Part shown: piece by piece, positions 1 to 12,100 of the stretch
How positions within the stretch are numbered: the first letter of the stretch is position 1
How the letters are laid out: every line of letters begins with the position of its first letter
Assembly: GCA_012862495.1 (NCBI GenBank)
Contig: BLSG01000061.1
Location: 66,408 to 101,922 of the forward strand
Reading direction: 5' to 3'
Length of the DNA: 35,515 nucleotides
Origin: Thraustochytrium aureum
Taxonomy: Eukaryota
Program-made: the position numbers and the translations under genes
Notes under the pieces: generated by a model
The model's input: the letters and a program-made list of their open reading frames with translations, nothing else
What the model was told of the DNA's origin: nothing
The model's database searches: none

Positions 1-48
1 CTGCGGGCGGCGGCGGGACTGGCTGGGCCGGCTGGGGACGCGGCGAGG

Positions 49-2819
49 ATGGGGCGGCCGAGACGGTGGGCCGGCCTGGTGGGACTCGTCGGGGTGGCCA
101 CGATGGTGGCCCAAGGGTGCGGCCTGACGCTCAAGGTCGGGGTCGCGGTGCAGGAGACCGGGCCGCTCGAGTGGATCGGCGCCGGGACGAAGGAAGCGAG
201 CGAGATCTGGCTGGCGATGCTGGAAAGGTCAGGGTACTTTCGAGAGCTGAATGCGACGGTCGAGTTTGTGTTTCGCGACACGACGAGCGACCCGGGTGTT
301 GCCGCGGCCCAGACGCGAGCGCTGATTGAGCAAGACGGCGTGGATATCGTGGTGTGCCCCGGGTCGTATGAGTGCTCGCGCTGCGCCGAGATCGCGGAGG
401 CGCTCAGAACGCCCGCGCTTGGGCCCGCGTGTGCAATCAAGACGCGGTGCCCTGGCAACAGCTCGGAGTTGGCGAATTTCCCTCCGTGCAAAATACCCTT
501 TGCGCGGCGCTTTTCGCAGCTATATGTCCCGCACACGCCCGTCGAGAGCTACTTTAGCGAGACCATTAACCTGGCCGTGCTCAACGGCGCCAAGACCATC
601 GCCTTTCTCGGCTCCTCGCCGTTCTTGGAGCTCAAGAACGTGGCCATCGAGGACCTTAGAGCTTACGCGAAGAGCCGAGGAATGCGGGTCGTCCTGGAGA
701 GAGACATGCCCGACTTGCCAAAGGAGGACTATGATATTCCCAAGATTGTCCGCGACGAGCTTGTCCCTGTGGACCCTGACCTGATTGTGGCCATGCCCGC
801 CAGCCCGATGATCTGCTATGCGCTTGTCAGGACCTTTAAAGCTATGGGGTACCTGCCCAAGGCGCTCGCGCTGATGAACTGCCTCAGCTTTGACACGGCT
901 GCGGCGGAGCTGGGGAACGACCTGTCGTTCGTGACCATGCCCAGCCAATGGGACGCCCGCCTCGGAGGGCCTCGAATACTCTGAGCTGCCGGGAATGCGC
1001 TGGGACGCGTTCGCAGAGACGCCTGGCTCGCTGCCCTCTGCGCTCCAGTTCCAGCAGGCGTACGTAAAGCACACTGGGCGCGACCCTCACTATCTGGCCG
1101 CGAGCAGCATGGCTGCGTTCGCCTTTGTGGAGGCCGCAGTGCGCTCGCTGCGGCCCGAAGAGCTCGCTGAATTCAACAAGGAAAAACTCGCGCTGGGCAT
1201 CGGCCGCGTGCAGCAGCCCAGCTTTTTTGGGACCCTCAGCGTTAACGCGATGGGCGTCAACGACCGCAAACCCATGGTGGTCCTGCAGGCCATGCCAGAA
1301 GCGCTGCTCAGCCCGCTGGGGCAGCAAAGTGTGGCCAGTGGTGAATCCATGGCGTCAACGGGGATCTACGCCACCCCTTTCTCAAACACGGTTATTTCGC
1401 CGCTGACGCGAAGCAACTCGACCTTCGTCTACCCGATACCGCACTGGGACGAGCGCGAGTACAAACCTTCCCTGTTCTCAGAGCGGGACGAGCACATCGT
1501 GATCGGCGCCGCCGTCGCGGGGTCTTCTGTCCTGCTTCTTGCAGCGACGCTCATTTTCGCCAACCGAGATCACCCCCAGGTGCGGTTTTCTTCGGTGCCG
1601 TTTACGATTTGCACCACGCTTTCGCCGATCATCGTGTACATGGGCATATTGTGCACCGGGCTCGAGGTCTCGGCGATCATGTGCGCTTTCCAGCACTGGC
1701 TGCTGTCGCTCGGCGCACTGCTGTACATGAGCCCAATCGTGGCCAAGCTGCACCGGATCCGCGTGATCGAGCGGAGCTCCAAAGAGATGCGCCGCGTCGT
1801 CATCACGAACCGCGATGTGGCCATCTGGGTCGGCGTCCTGCTGCTTCCGCAAATCATCATCAACACCCTGTGGTCGGCGCTTGCGTCTCCCGCAGTGTAC
1901 GTTGTCCAGGTCGATCGGCTTCGCCCTAGCCTCAACTTTTCGTACTGCCCGGCAAACAAAACGTTTCTGGCGCTCACGGCAACGTATCTGGGCATGGTGT
2001 TCCTCCTCACCTTTTACTACGCCGTCGACTCGCGCAAGTTCTGGAAAGAGTTTAACGACGCAAAGGCGCTCTGCAACGCGCTTTTCATCGTGCTCGTTGG
2101 CCTCATCTTTGTGCTCTCGCTCGGCGTCTCCGAAGACAGGCGGGCCGTGTACCTCGGCCAATCGCTTGGCATTATCGCGACCTTGCTCGCCTCTACGGCG
2201 ACGATCCTGGCGTATCAGTTCGTCAAGGTCTCCAAGGAGAGCATCAGGGGACCGCGCGACTCGTCGCGGGCCGCCAACGAATTCGGCTCATCTCGCACCT
2301 TGTGCAACGGGATCGAGACCCGGCGGTCTTCTCGGGAGGAGCATCTGCAGGTGCGCAGCTTGCGCGCCGCTTTCGCAGAGTGCTTGGTCAGGTGCCTCGA
2401 CAACTGCTGCCGGCCGCGAATTCTGCAAACGCGCTGCCGGCGGAGGCCTCGGTCCGCGCTACCTCGGGTGGAGCCGCCGCCGCCGGTGTGACCGCTCCGC
2501 TATGCTTGTGCGAGGCTTGCGGGGAGAATCAAGCTACAATTTGCAGGCCGTGCTCATCGCAGGGCCGGGTCGGGCCTCGCTCGCAACCGCGCGATGGGTC
2601 GCGGTTCTCGCCTCGGAGTCCCGAAGGCAGCCGCAGCGTTGAGCGCCGCAGCGACAATTCGTCTTTCTCTGCGTCGACGCAAGACGACCCTGGCTCTGAG
2701 GACAAGCAAGGCTCGACTAGCAAAGGCGGCGGTGGCGCCGCCGCCGCCGCCGCACTGACGGCGATGATGCGAGCGCCGGCGAAGCAGCGCGAGCAGAGGC
2801 CGCTGAGCGCGCGGGTGTG
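49..2819 (+). CDS. Class C GPCR (GABA-B/Grl-like): periplasmic-binding-protein (Venus flytrap) ectodomain plus 7TM_3 domain
   Basis: ORFs 49-984 and 995-2491 are joined by one extra base at ~967-970 (ctc gga ggg c ctc gaa tac gives WDARLGGLEYSE). N-terminal signal peptide, then a LivJ-like domain (LKVGV..., DTTSDPG, LIEQDGVDIVV). 7TM motifs include HPQVRFSSVPF, CAFQHWLLSLG, IVAKLHRI and EFNDAK. The C-tail probably continues in the 2302 frame (candidate intron 2351-2391) to 'tgn' at the gap edge. Confidence 0.85.
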
Positions 2820-3130
2820 NNNNNNNNNNNNNNNNNNNNNNNNNNNNNNNNNNNNNNNNNNNNNNNNNNNNNNNNNNNNNNNNNNNNNNNNNNNNNNNNN
2901 NNNNNNNNNNNNNNNNNNNNNNNNNNNNNNNNNNNNNNNNNNNNNNNNNNNNNNNNNNNNNNNNNNNNNNNNNNNNNNNNNNNNNNNNNNNNNNNNNNNN
3001 NNNNNNNNNNNNNNNNNNNNNNNNNNNNNNNNNNNNNNNNNNNNNNNNNNNNNNNNNNNNNNNNNNNNNNNNNNNNNNNNNNNNNNNNNNNNNNNNNNNN
3101 NNNNNNNNNNNNNNNNNNNNNNNNNNNNNN

Positions 3131-6100
3131 TTGGTTTCCGTAGGACCCACCGTCGTTGAAGCGCGGATTGGCCGCAGCGACCCGGGCCTGCTCACCTCCA
3201 TGCGCGCCCCAGCTACGCTCGCTCGCGCCAGAGCGGCTTGACGAGTGGCTTGGCGCGCCGTGTTGCTCGTAGCGGGTGTCGTTGCCCACTATCCACGACG
3301 AAGCGCCCCAGGAGGACTGTGCGGCACCGCCGCGACCGGCCCTACCGCCCGGGAATCCTCGCGTTTCTGCTGGACCGTCCCGACTGGGCGAGACGAGCGG
3401 CAGCGGGGACTCAGATGCGGCGACAAAGCAGCCGCCTCTGGCCGACACAAAGGCCGCCGCACGCGAGACGAACGAAGACTTGTCAAAGAGCGGCTCGGTT
3501 CGAAAGTGCGAACCAGTCAGGCGCAATTGGCGGTCCTCGACCGCCGCGCTCGTGGCGCGCATCACGGCCTGGAACGCGGCAAAGTTGGCCAGCGCCGCAA
3601 GCACCAGCAAGTAGAACCCCGCCTGCGGCGCAATGGTCAGGCTCGACGCAGTTGGTGGCCCCCTCGGTGAGGCCTGCATTGTTCGCAGAGCGCACCATCG
3701 GTATGTCGCCGGCCTCGTTCGAGCCACAGACCACCGCCAGCGGGCCGAGCACCTCAACGACAGCCTGGATCAACGTCGTGTTTACCTGCAGAGACATGAG
3801 CGCGATGGTCACGACGTACACCTCGAGAGCAGAGGCGGCGCGAAGGAGCTCGGCGGTCTCGAAGAGCTGGATCTGGCGCGACAGCGTGAGCCCAGAGCAC
3901 CACAAGTAGCTGAGCAGCACGGCATTGGCGAGGGGCGCAGCAAACACCAAGAACAGAAGCGCGCTGTTGGCCCCTACAGAGAAGAAGACCTTGAGAAACC
4001 CGTCAGCCTGCACCGCAACGGTGCTCTGCACGGCCGCCACCATGTCGAAGATGTTGAAACTGCGGTTGAGCGCGTCCCCGATAAACCCCTCGACCACGCC
4101 GCCGAGGCCAAAGCTGTGCGACTTGAAAGCCAGGCCAACGAACAGAAGCAGTCCTCCACCAACAAGCAACGCGATCGTGGCCCACCGGCCCGCCAGGCTA
4201 ACGCGGACCTGGTCGCCCGCGTCGAGGCAAAAGGTGTGGTCCTTCACTGCAACAAGAGCAGTAGGGTCGGCGCCCTTGCGGGCGGAGGAGCCCTGCGCGC
4301 CAGACACGGCGGCGCGGCCATCCGCGCGAGCGGCGGCACGGTGCTGCGAGAGCACCATGCGATTCACGGCCATCGTGAGCACGACTGCTGCGCAGTAGAG
4401 AAGAAGCCCCCAGCTCGGGGTGAGGAAGACGTCCACACGCACAATGTCAGGCTGCCCAGCAGAGCTTGCTGCAAAGCTGAGCCGCACTGCGGCCGTGACC
4501 ACGAGGAGCAGGAATGGGAACAGCAAGGTCCACTTGCCGGAGGCGCTCAGTGAGAGCAAGANNNNNNNNNNNNNNNNNNNNNNNNNNNNNNNNNNNNNNN
4601 NNNNNNNNNNNNNNNNNNNNNNNNNNNNNNNNNNNNNNNNNNNNNNNNNNNNNNNNNNNNNNNNNNNNNNNCGTGGGCGCAAACCAGAAAAGAGCAGGGA
4701 GATGCCCCACACGAACGGCAGAACGCCAGAGAGCACGCCGATTGCGCCTGCAAGGAGGAAGGCGTTCCCCTCGACGAGGATGTTGACGATCGAGTTGGGG
4801 TCAAGCCCGAGCCCGGCGCTGCCTCGGCCGCCGGGGATGTCGCCGGGCCCGATCTTGTTGGTGACCCCGTCCGAGTACGTGATCTGCGCCGCCACCCCAG
4901 TATCCACCGACTTGACCAGGCCGAGCGCAAAAAGCAGGAGACCCACGATCGCGAGCACGGGAATCGCCACCCGCTTCGCGGCCGAGGTGTCTGCGTGCCC
5001 GGCCAGGGACATTTCGCGCCGCAGCATCTGGGCCATCGACTGGCGCCACGTGGCGCGTTGCTGCGCGACTTGCGCCCGGAGGTTGCGGCGGTGTACACGG
5101 TACATGAACCCGCAGCACGTCATCGAGCCTAGCAGGAGAAACCCGCCAACGCCAAGGCCAATAACCAGAAACAGCGTCGAGCCCTCGATCCCGTCGGCCT
5201 GAAACGCGCAGTCCCCCAAAGGGCCCTGCAGCACCTCGCTGTCGAACAGGTCCCACGTCTCCTTGTCGCTCACAACCTGTTCCACGAACGGGAGAAGCCG
5301 AAGCCTGAGAAAATCGCTCATCGCCGCGGCCACCTGGGGCTGCGCAAGGTACTCGCCGAGCTCGTCGACGGAGCGCGTCGAGCAGGACCCGGAGCACCGA
5401 AGGGAGACCTTGAAATCCCCCAAGAACCGCGAGGCGTCCAGGTCGAGCACGGCAAACTGCCCGAGTGGCTGCAAGGGGCACGACGATGTTGTCACCGCCG
5501 ACAGCGGCTTGTCGAGCGTATTGGCCAGGTCGATCTTGACGAGTGCGAGCGTGTCGCCGCCGACGCCGTCAACCTCCAGCGCGAGCTCAAACTGGTTCAA
5601 CATGCGCTCGCCGCTCACAAAGAGCTCGCCGCCGAGCTCAAGGTCTGCCGCAAGCGTGAACTTGAGCGGCCCCTTGAGGCTAAAGACGTTTTTCACCTGA
5701 AACTCGGCAGGCGTTTTCAAGAACACCGTGTCCTCGCCGATCGTCGAAATGTTCGAGAGCGACAGTCCGGCTTTGACGACAAAGTCGGCGTCGTTGTTGA
5801 GGCCGAGGTCGCGCAGGGTCCCTGCAAGCGCGATGTCTCGCACCTCGAGGAGTCCGTTCGTGCCCGAGACCGCTTCGGTGACGATCTGGGCCATCCGGTT
5901 GAACCCGAGGTCTCCCGTGGGGCCTAGGAAGTCGTTGAGGATAAAGTCGAGCGGGAGCGAGAACAGGTCGCCGATCTCCCCTGACAGCCGCGCCCCGGTA
6001 TCGACAAAGTACTCGGAGTCCTTCGGGTTGCAGGCCTCCTCGACGGTCGAGTCCGAGGTGAGCCTTCCGAGCAGCGAGTTGAGGACTTGCTGCAAGAGCC

Positions 6101-8169
6101 CCGAAACAAGGGGGCCCACATCCTGGCCTGCCGCAAGGACACCTGCAAGCGAGTTGACGAGCGCAGCGCCAAAGTCGAGCAGGCCCGGCAGCGCCTGCGA
6201 GTCCAGCGCCAGGAACTGCCCGGGCAGGTTGAGCGACATGCCAAGCGTCGGGAGCTGAACCGCATACAGAGCCGTCGAGACGCACTCGATCGTGTCCAGA
6301 AAGTTTTCGTTTACCATGCCTCCGAGCGGGATCCGGTTCAGAACTGCCGTGTCCACAGCGAGGAGCAGCGCGAGGTCCAGGGCGAGGTTGCTCAGGTCGA
6401 GGCTGAGCGAAATGGTGTCCGAGATGGGCGGCAGGCCCGTGATCTGGATCTGCGGCCCCGTGGCACCGTCCGACGAGACAAAGTTGCCCCCGTCGATGCC
6501 CACCGCGCTTTCCCCAAAGCGCGTTCGCGTCTCCCACACCTGCATGCCCTCCGCGTTGACGAGGGCCTCCATTTCGGCGCGGTTGAGCAGACCCACCACN
6601 NNNNNNNNNNNNNNNNNNNNNNNNNNNNNNNNNNNNNNNNNNNNNNNNNNNNNNNNNNNNNNNNNNNNNNNNNNNNNNNNNNNNNNNNNNNNNNNNNNNN
6701 NNNNNNNNNNNNNNNNNNNNNNNNNNNNNNNNNNNNNNNNNNNNNNNNNNNNNNNNNNNNNNNNNNNNNNNNNNNNNNNNNNNNNNNNNNNNNNNNNNNN
6801 NNNNNNNNNNNNNNNNNNNNNNNNNNNNNNNNNNNNNNNNNNNNNNNNNNNNNNNNNNNNNNNNNNNNNNNNNNNNNNNNNNNNNNNNNNNNNNNNNNNN
6901 NNNNNNNNNNNNNNNNNNNNNNNNNNNNNNNNNNNNNNNNNNNNNNNNNNNNNNNNNNNNNNNNNNNNNNNNNNNNNNNNNNNNNNNNNNNNNNNNNNNN
7001 NNNNNNNNNNNNNNNNNNNNNNNNNNNNNNNNNNNNNNNNNNNNNNNNNNNNNNNNNNNNNNNNNNNNNNNNNNNNNNNNNNNNNNNNNNNNNNNNNNNN
7101 NNNNNNNNNNNNNNNNNNNNNNNNNNNNNNNNNNNNNNNNNNNNNNNNNNNNNNNNNNNNNNNNNNNNNNNNNNNNNNNNNNNNNNNNNNNNNNNNNNNN
7201 NNNNNNNNNNNNNNNNNNNNNNNNNNNNNNNNNNNNNNNNNNNNNNNNNNNNNNNNNNNNNNNNNNNNNNNNNNNNNNNNNNNNNNNNNNNNNNNNNNNN
7301 NNNNNNNNNNNNNNNNNNNNNNNNNNNNNNNNNNNNNNNNNNNNNNNNNNNNNNNNNNNNNNNNNNNNNNNNNNNNNNNNNNNNNNNNNNNNNNNNNNNN
7401 NNNNNNNNNNNNNNNNNNNNNNNNNNNNNNNNNNNNNNNNNNNNNNNNNNNNNNNNNNNNNNNNNNNNNNNNNNNNNNNNNNNNNNNNNNNNNNNNNNNN
7501 NNNNNNNNNNNNNNNNNNNNNNNNNNNNNNNNNNNNNNNNNNNNNNNNNNNNNNNNNNNNNNNNNNNNNNNNNNNNNNNNNNNNNNNNCCGTCGAAGAAG
7601 CCGGCGTCTTCTTGCTTGACTATTTGCAGCGAGATTGGGAGGTCGATGTCGCACGCCCCGCTCGCAAACGTCATCGTCTGTTGCCCAGTGGCGTCGGTCA
7701 CCATGGTCGTGGCAAGCTCGATCCCGATCCCCGTGTTTGCGGTTCCAAACGCAATGTCCACCGAGTTGGTCTTGGTGCCTCGGATGAGGCCTACAGTTGC
7801 AGTGCAGCTTAGGGTAAAGTCTTGCAGGCTCATGGACATCTGGCCGCCCGTCCCGCTAGCTCCGACGGTGCCAATGGAGAGGCCGCCGCAGGCCACGTTG
7901 GCGATTGTAGGTATGGCGCCCAAGAGCTCGGGAAGCTCGATGGTCCCGATGATTCCTGCGTTCACGTTTGCGAGAATCGCGTTGACGCTCGCCATGCCAG
8001 AGGCTTGCAGGTTGCGCTCCAGCATCCTGCCGTGTTCTTGCTCGCGGAATTCGCGCGAGTGGAAGGTCTCAAAAGGAACGCTGTGCGAGGGCTCGCTCGC
8101 GTCGCTCATTGCCGCGCATACCGCAGCGAGCGCGAAAGCCGCTCGGGCCACGTTGAGGCCGAACGTCAT
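3131..8169 (-). CDS. Large signal-peptide-bearing protein with a long ectodomain and two C-terminal PqiA-like multi-TM modules
   Basis: Start MTFGLNVARAAFALAAVCAA (signal peptide) at 8169. Coding continues across gaps 6600-7588 and 4562-4671 (ORF 3483-6599). PqiA-type motifs GKWTLL (~4521-4540) and SALEVYVVTI (~3805-3833). An extra C at ~3641 restores CVELTIAPQAGFYLLVLAAL. The 3' end runs into gap 2820-3130. Confidence 0.7.
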
Positions 8170-8801
8170 CTTCGCGCCAAGCCTGCTGTTGCGTCCCGCA
8201 GCGGCTATTCGGGTCTACAGACCTCGCCCGGGGGTGGGTGAGCGGTATGCGGTGGCAGTGCGAGGTACTTGCGTCGAGCAGCACCTGAACGCGCATTGTG
8301 CAGTGAGCGAGTGACGAGGGCACGAGATCCTTGCCGTTGTTTGCCAGTGAAGAAAACCGGACACAAGCCCAAAAACGCACCAACCACCAACAACAAAGGA
8401 AGGGGGTGTCCCTCGCCAGCCAAACAGCGAGACTGGACGCCCTTGCTCAACCCGTTAGGGCCAGGACCTCCGCTTGCTCGCCTGCTGGGAAGAAAAGCAC
8501 CGAGTTTTGCGGGCTCGCCCTGCCACACGCCCAATTCCTGCCTCCTGCTGCACGTGTCGCACGGAAATCGAATCGTGCTGCACCGCAATCCTGCGCATCG
8601 GGGGGGGATCCTCTGCATCCTGAGATGGCCGACACGATCCATCGCTGTGCTCCGCGTGCTGGCTGGCATCGCGGCTCTGCAAACCGGTAGCACTTGGCCG
8701 CGGCGTGGCGGGCTCGAAACAAAGCCCACCACAGCTCCACAGTGCTCACTCGCTCTGCTTTTCTCTTAAAGAACAAAAAGAATGCAAGCAAATCGGTCCT
8801 C

Positions 8802-8826
8802 AACCTAACCTAGCCTAACCCAGCCC
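8802..8826 (+). repeat. Short degenerate pentamer repeat (AACCT/AGCCT; CCTAA-like)
   Basis: aacctaacctagcctaacccagccc inside an A-rich intergenic tract. Confidence 0.5.
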
Positions 8827-9050
8827 ACCGTGCAAAAACAGAAAAGAACAAAGAGAATTGCGACGGAACATACCGAGGAGGACGGCACCCTCCCGATCCG
8901 ATGCGGCACCCTCCCGACGGTTCACGAAGCAGTCGCGCGTGCGTGCGCGCGCAGACTCCGAGCGCGCGACGGACGCCGTGGGCTGGCGAGGCTGCCGCGC
9001 TGCTTGCCGCGCGCCTCTCTCTCTAGTCGCTAGAGAGAACAGCTGGCGGC

Positions 9051-9077
9051 GGCTGGCTGGCTGGCTGGCTGGCTGGC
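9051..9077 (+). repeat. (GGCT)n microsatellite
   Basis: ggctggctggctggctggctggctggc, just upstream of the ATG at 9128. Confidence 0.85.
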
Positions 9078-9127
9078 GCCACGGCTGAGCTGGCCGGCAT
9101 CGTGGCCGATCGAGCGCGGACGCCGCC

Positions 9128-12100
9128 ATGCGGAATGATGCGCGGCTTGGCGATGGCGACCACAGGCTGCGCCAAGGCGTGCAGCAGCAGCTGAGCGCGG
9201 TGAGCTGGGGCCTCGGAGTGGCCCGATGGGGTGCTTTAGCATGGCGGATGCCTGGTTTGAGTCGGGCTGGGCGGGCCAAGGAGGCTTGTCGCTGGAGGCG
9301 AGGGCCGTNNNNNNNNNNNNNNNNNNNNNNNNNNNNNNNNNNNNNNNNNNNNNNNNNNNNNNNNNNNNNNNNNNNNNNNNNNNNNNNNNNNNNNNNNNNN
9401 NNNNNNNNNNNNNNNNNNNNNNNNNNNNNNNNNNNNNNNNNNNNNNNNNNNNNNNNNNNNNNNNNNNNNNNNNNNNNNNNNNNNNNNNNNNNNNNNNNNN
9501 NNNNNNNNNNNNNNNNNNNCCTCCGGAACGAGCAGTACCTACTCCCTGGCGAGCTCAGCGCGCTCGGGGCGCTCGGATTCGCTGGTACCGCACTTCTCAA
9601 CACGAGCCTGCACGTGTTTGAGCTGACGAGCGACAGCGACCACGCAGACACCGCGGCGGCACCGAGGCGCCGCCTCGCCCCCCGCGAGCTGAAAGGCCTG
9701 GTCTGCTGCGGGGTCGCGCTCCTCGCTTTCGCAGGGCTTGCCGCGGCAGACACCGCAAACCAACTCGGTGCTTTGCCAGCCGCGCACGGCGTCGTCGTCC
9801 TGGACGCCAGCACGGCCGCCTTCACGTTGTGCGCTGCAGTCGCGCACTTGTGGTGCGGGGTCTACGAACGGGCCAATGACGGCTTCCAGCTGTTCCAGCC
9901 GTTCAGTGGCGGCGCCGAGTTTCAGCTTCTGCAGGCCATCGGGTGGACCTTCATGGGGACTGTGGTCTTTGTTCGAGCCAACGCCGACTGGATTCGCCCG
10001 TTCAATGTCGCGGGCGGGGCCACGCTGTTCGGAGCCGCAGGCGCCACTGCGGTGGTCGTCCTCGCGGGCAGCGTCCAGCATTTTTCGCCCAAGGCGCGCT
10101 ACCATGGCACCGAGGTGCGCCAGCGCTCGCGCAGCTTGAGGAGGGCGCGAGCGGGCAGCCCACGTGGATCTACTTTGTGAGTTGCGCGATGGGCGCCGCC
10201 GAGGCTTGGCTCGTGCTTGGGGTCGACCTTGAACGCGGCGCGCCCGCGCTTCGCCGCGCAGCTGCGGTTTTGGCGCTTGTAGGCCCTCCTCTCGCGCACG
10301 TCGGTGGTTGGCGCATGCTGCGGCATCGCGGTACGTCCTGTTTCAACCCCTTGCCGGCGGTATGTCGCACGTGCTCGCGCAAGCCTTCGGCTGGACGCTG
10401 TACGGGGTCCTCGCCTTTGTCTGGGCAGTCAGCCACGACTCCACCGCGGCCACGCTGCAGCGCTTTGTCCTGCCCGTCGCGGTAATCTCGCATGCCCTTC
10501 TGCTGTCCTCGGTGCGCGTTTTCGAGGGCAGCGAGAGCGCAGCTGCGCAAAAGCTGGTGGGCGTCCCTGCCTCGACCCGGTTTCGAGCCAGTGACGTTGT
10601 GGCAGCAGTCGCGCTGGTGGTGACCGTGAGCGGGGACGTGGTCGTGCTTGTGGCCGACGATGACGCAGGGCGCGACGCGCAGCTCCTCCTCGGCGCCTCG
10701 CTGGTGCTCTGGGTGGTGAGCAAGGCGTTTATGTACGCGGCCACCTTTCCGGGCCAACTGCAGGCGTGGCGCCCGTTCCGGGGCCCAGAGATCTTCATCA
10801 TGTGCGAGGCCGTCTCGTGGACCCTCTTCGCCATCGGGGTGCTGGCCGACGTAATCGTGATCAACGGCTTGGGTGCTGGCGGCGCTTCACTTGCAGCCGG
10901 CTTCTCTGGCTGGCCTTCGGCTATTGGGTGCGGCCATGGCTTTGCCCACCTGCTCTTGCGCTATGGGGCTACATACCTCGTCAAGCTCGAGCTGCGCAAA
11001 AAGCATGATGGGGAAAGCCGGACTCGCTCCAAGGCCAAGGCGGAGGATGCGGCTCCCGCGGAGCCCGCGAGATCGCGAGGCACCTCGCGCGTCGTTGCGG
11101 TGGCGATGGCCCACCTCTCCTTCGGCCTTCTCTGCGGCGCAGACGCGCTTAGGATTGTCGATCCTACGGCTGCGACCACGCTCTTCCTCGTCGGCTTGGT
11201 TTTGGCAGTGTTTGGCGCTGTGCTGACACAGGCATGGGTGGGGCCGCGCTCGGTGCCCAAGTTTCGGGCCTTCCAGCCCTTTCGCGGGGGCTCGCGGTTC
11301 ATTCTGCTCCAAGCGATCGGCTGGACCATGTTTGGGATTGCTCTCACGCTGGCGCTTGTCTCGTTCAATGTCGGACTCGCCCACATTGCGTTTTTGGGCG
11401 TTGTGGCGGGCCTGGGCGCCGCGCTCTACGTGTCGCAGCTCACGCTCCTGTGGTCGCTCCGGTACTTTCGGCCGCTTCCGCGGCGAGCCGTGGAGCTCGA
11501 CAGCCGCCTGGGTGTTCTTCTGGGCTCGTTTTCGCTCGTGCTCTTCCTCTTCACCGACTTTGCGGTAATCCGCTTTGGCCTGCCTGTCAGCTTTGTGCAG
11601 CCCGTGGTGGCGAGCGCTTGGGTGGCTGCTTGCGCGTCGGTTCCGCTCTCTGGCTATGTTCTCTTAACCACCGCCGGGGCGGGTGGGCTGAACGGCGCGA
11701 ACGGCGCGGGTGGCGCGGGCCGCCAAGCCCGGGGCTTTGCCTCGCTCTTCCTCGAGTCGACCAGGTCGCCCACGCTCGTGATCCTCGGTTGCGCGCTGTG
11801 GAGCTTTACCATACTGCTTGGCGCGCTGCTTGTCATCAACAGCTTGATCAGCAACGACTACATACCGGCCTTTTGGGCCGCAACGCTGGCGGGCGGCACC
11901 AACCTGGCCTCGCACGTCGTCCTCAATCTCGCCACGATCTCCTCGACCAAGGAGCTCTTGTCGTTTCTGCCCGTGGCGGTGTTCGCTAGTGTTGCAGGAT
12001 TTGTTTTTGTCCGCGTGTTTGTCTGGTTTGTGCTGCCGCTTCTTCGTGGGTTTCTCGACGTAAGTTGACTCCGCTTCTCGCCGAGCGATGCCTTTTCAGG

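Noticed and set aside
8802..8826. Interstitial telomere (TTAGG-like)
   Set aside because: Only about 5 degenerate units, which is indistinguishable from a simple microsatellite.
8205..9090. Short ORFs in the divergent intergenic region, and antisense or overlapping ORFs throughout the window
   Set aside because: These are Arg/Ala/Pro-rich shadow frames expected in GC-rich DNA, with no motifs.
12060..12099. In-frame TGA at 12066 as stop-codon readthrough or selenocysteine; GTAAGT donor at 12060
   Set aside because: The GTGGGT donor at 12046 gives a clean in-frame 54-nt intron that removes the TGA. The 12060 donor would shift the frame. TGA is used as an ordinary stop elsewhere in the window.
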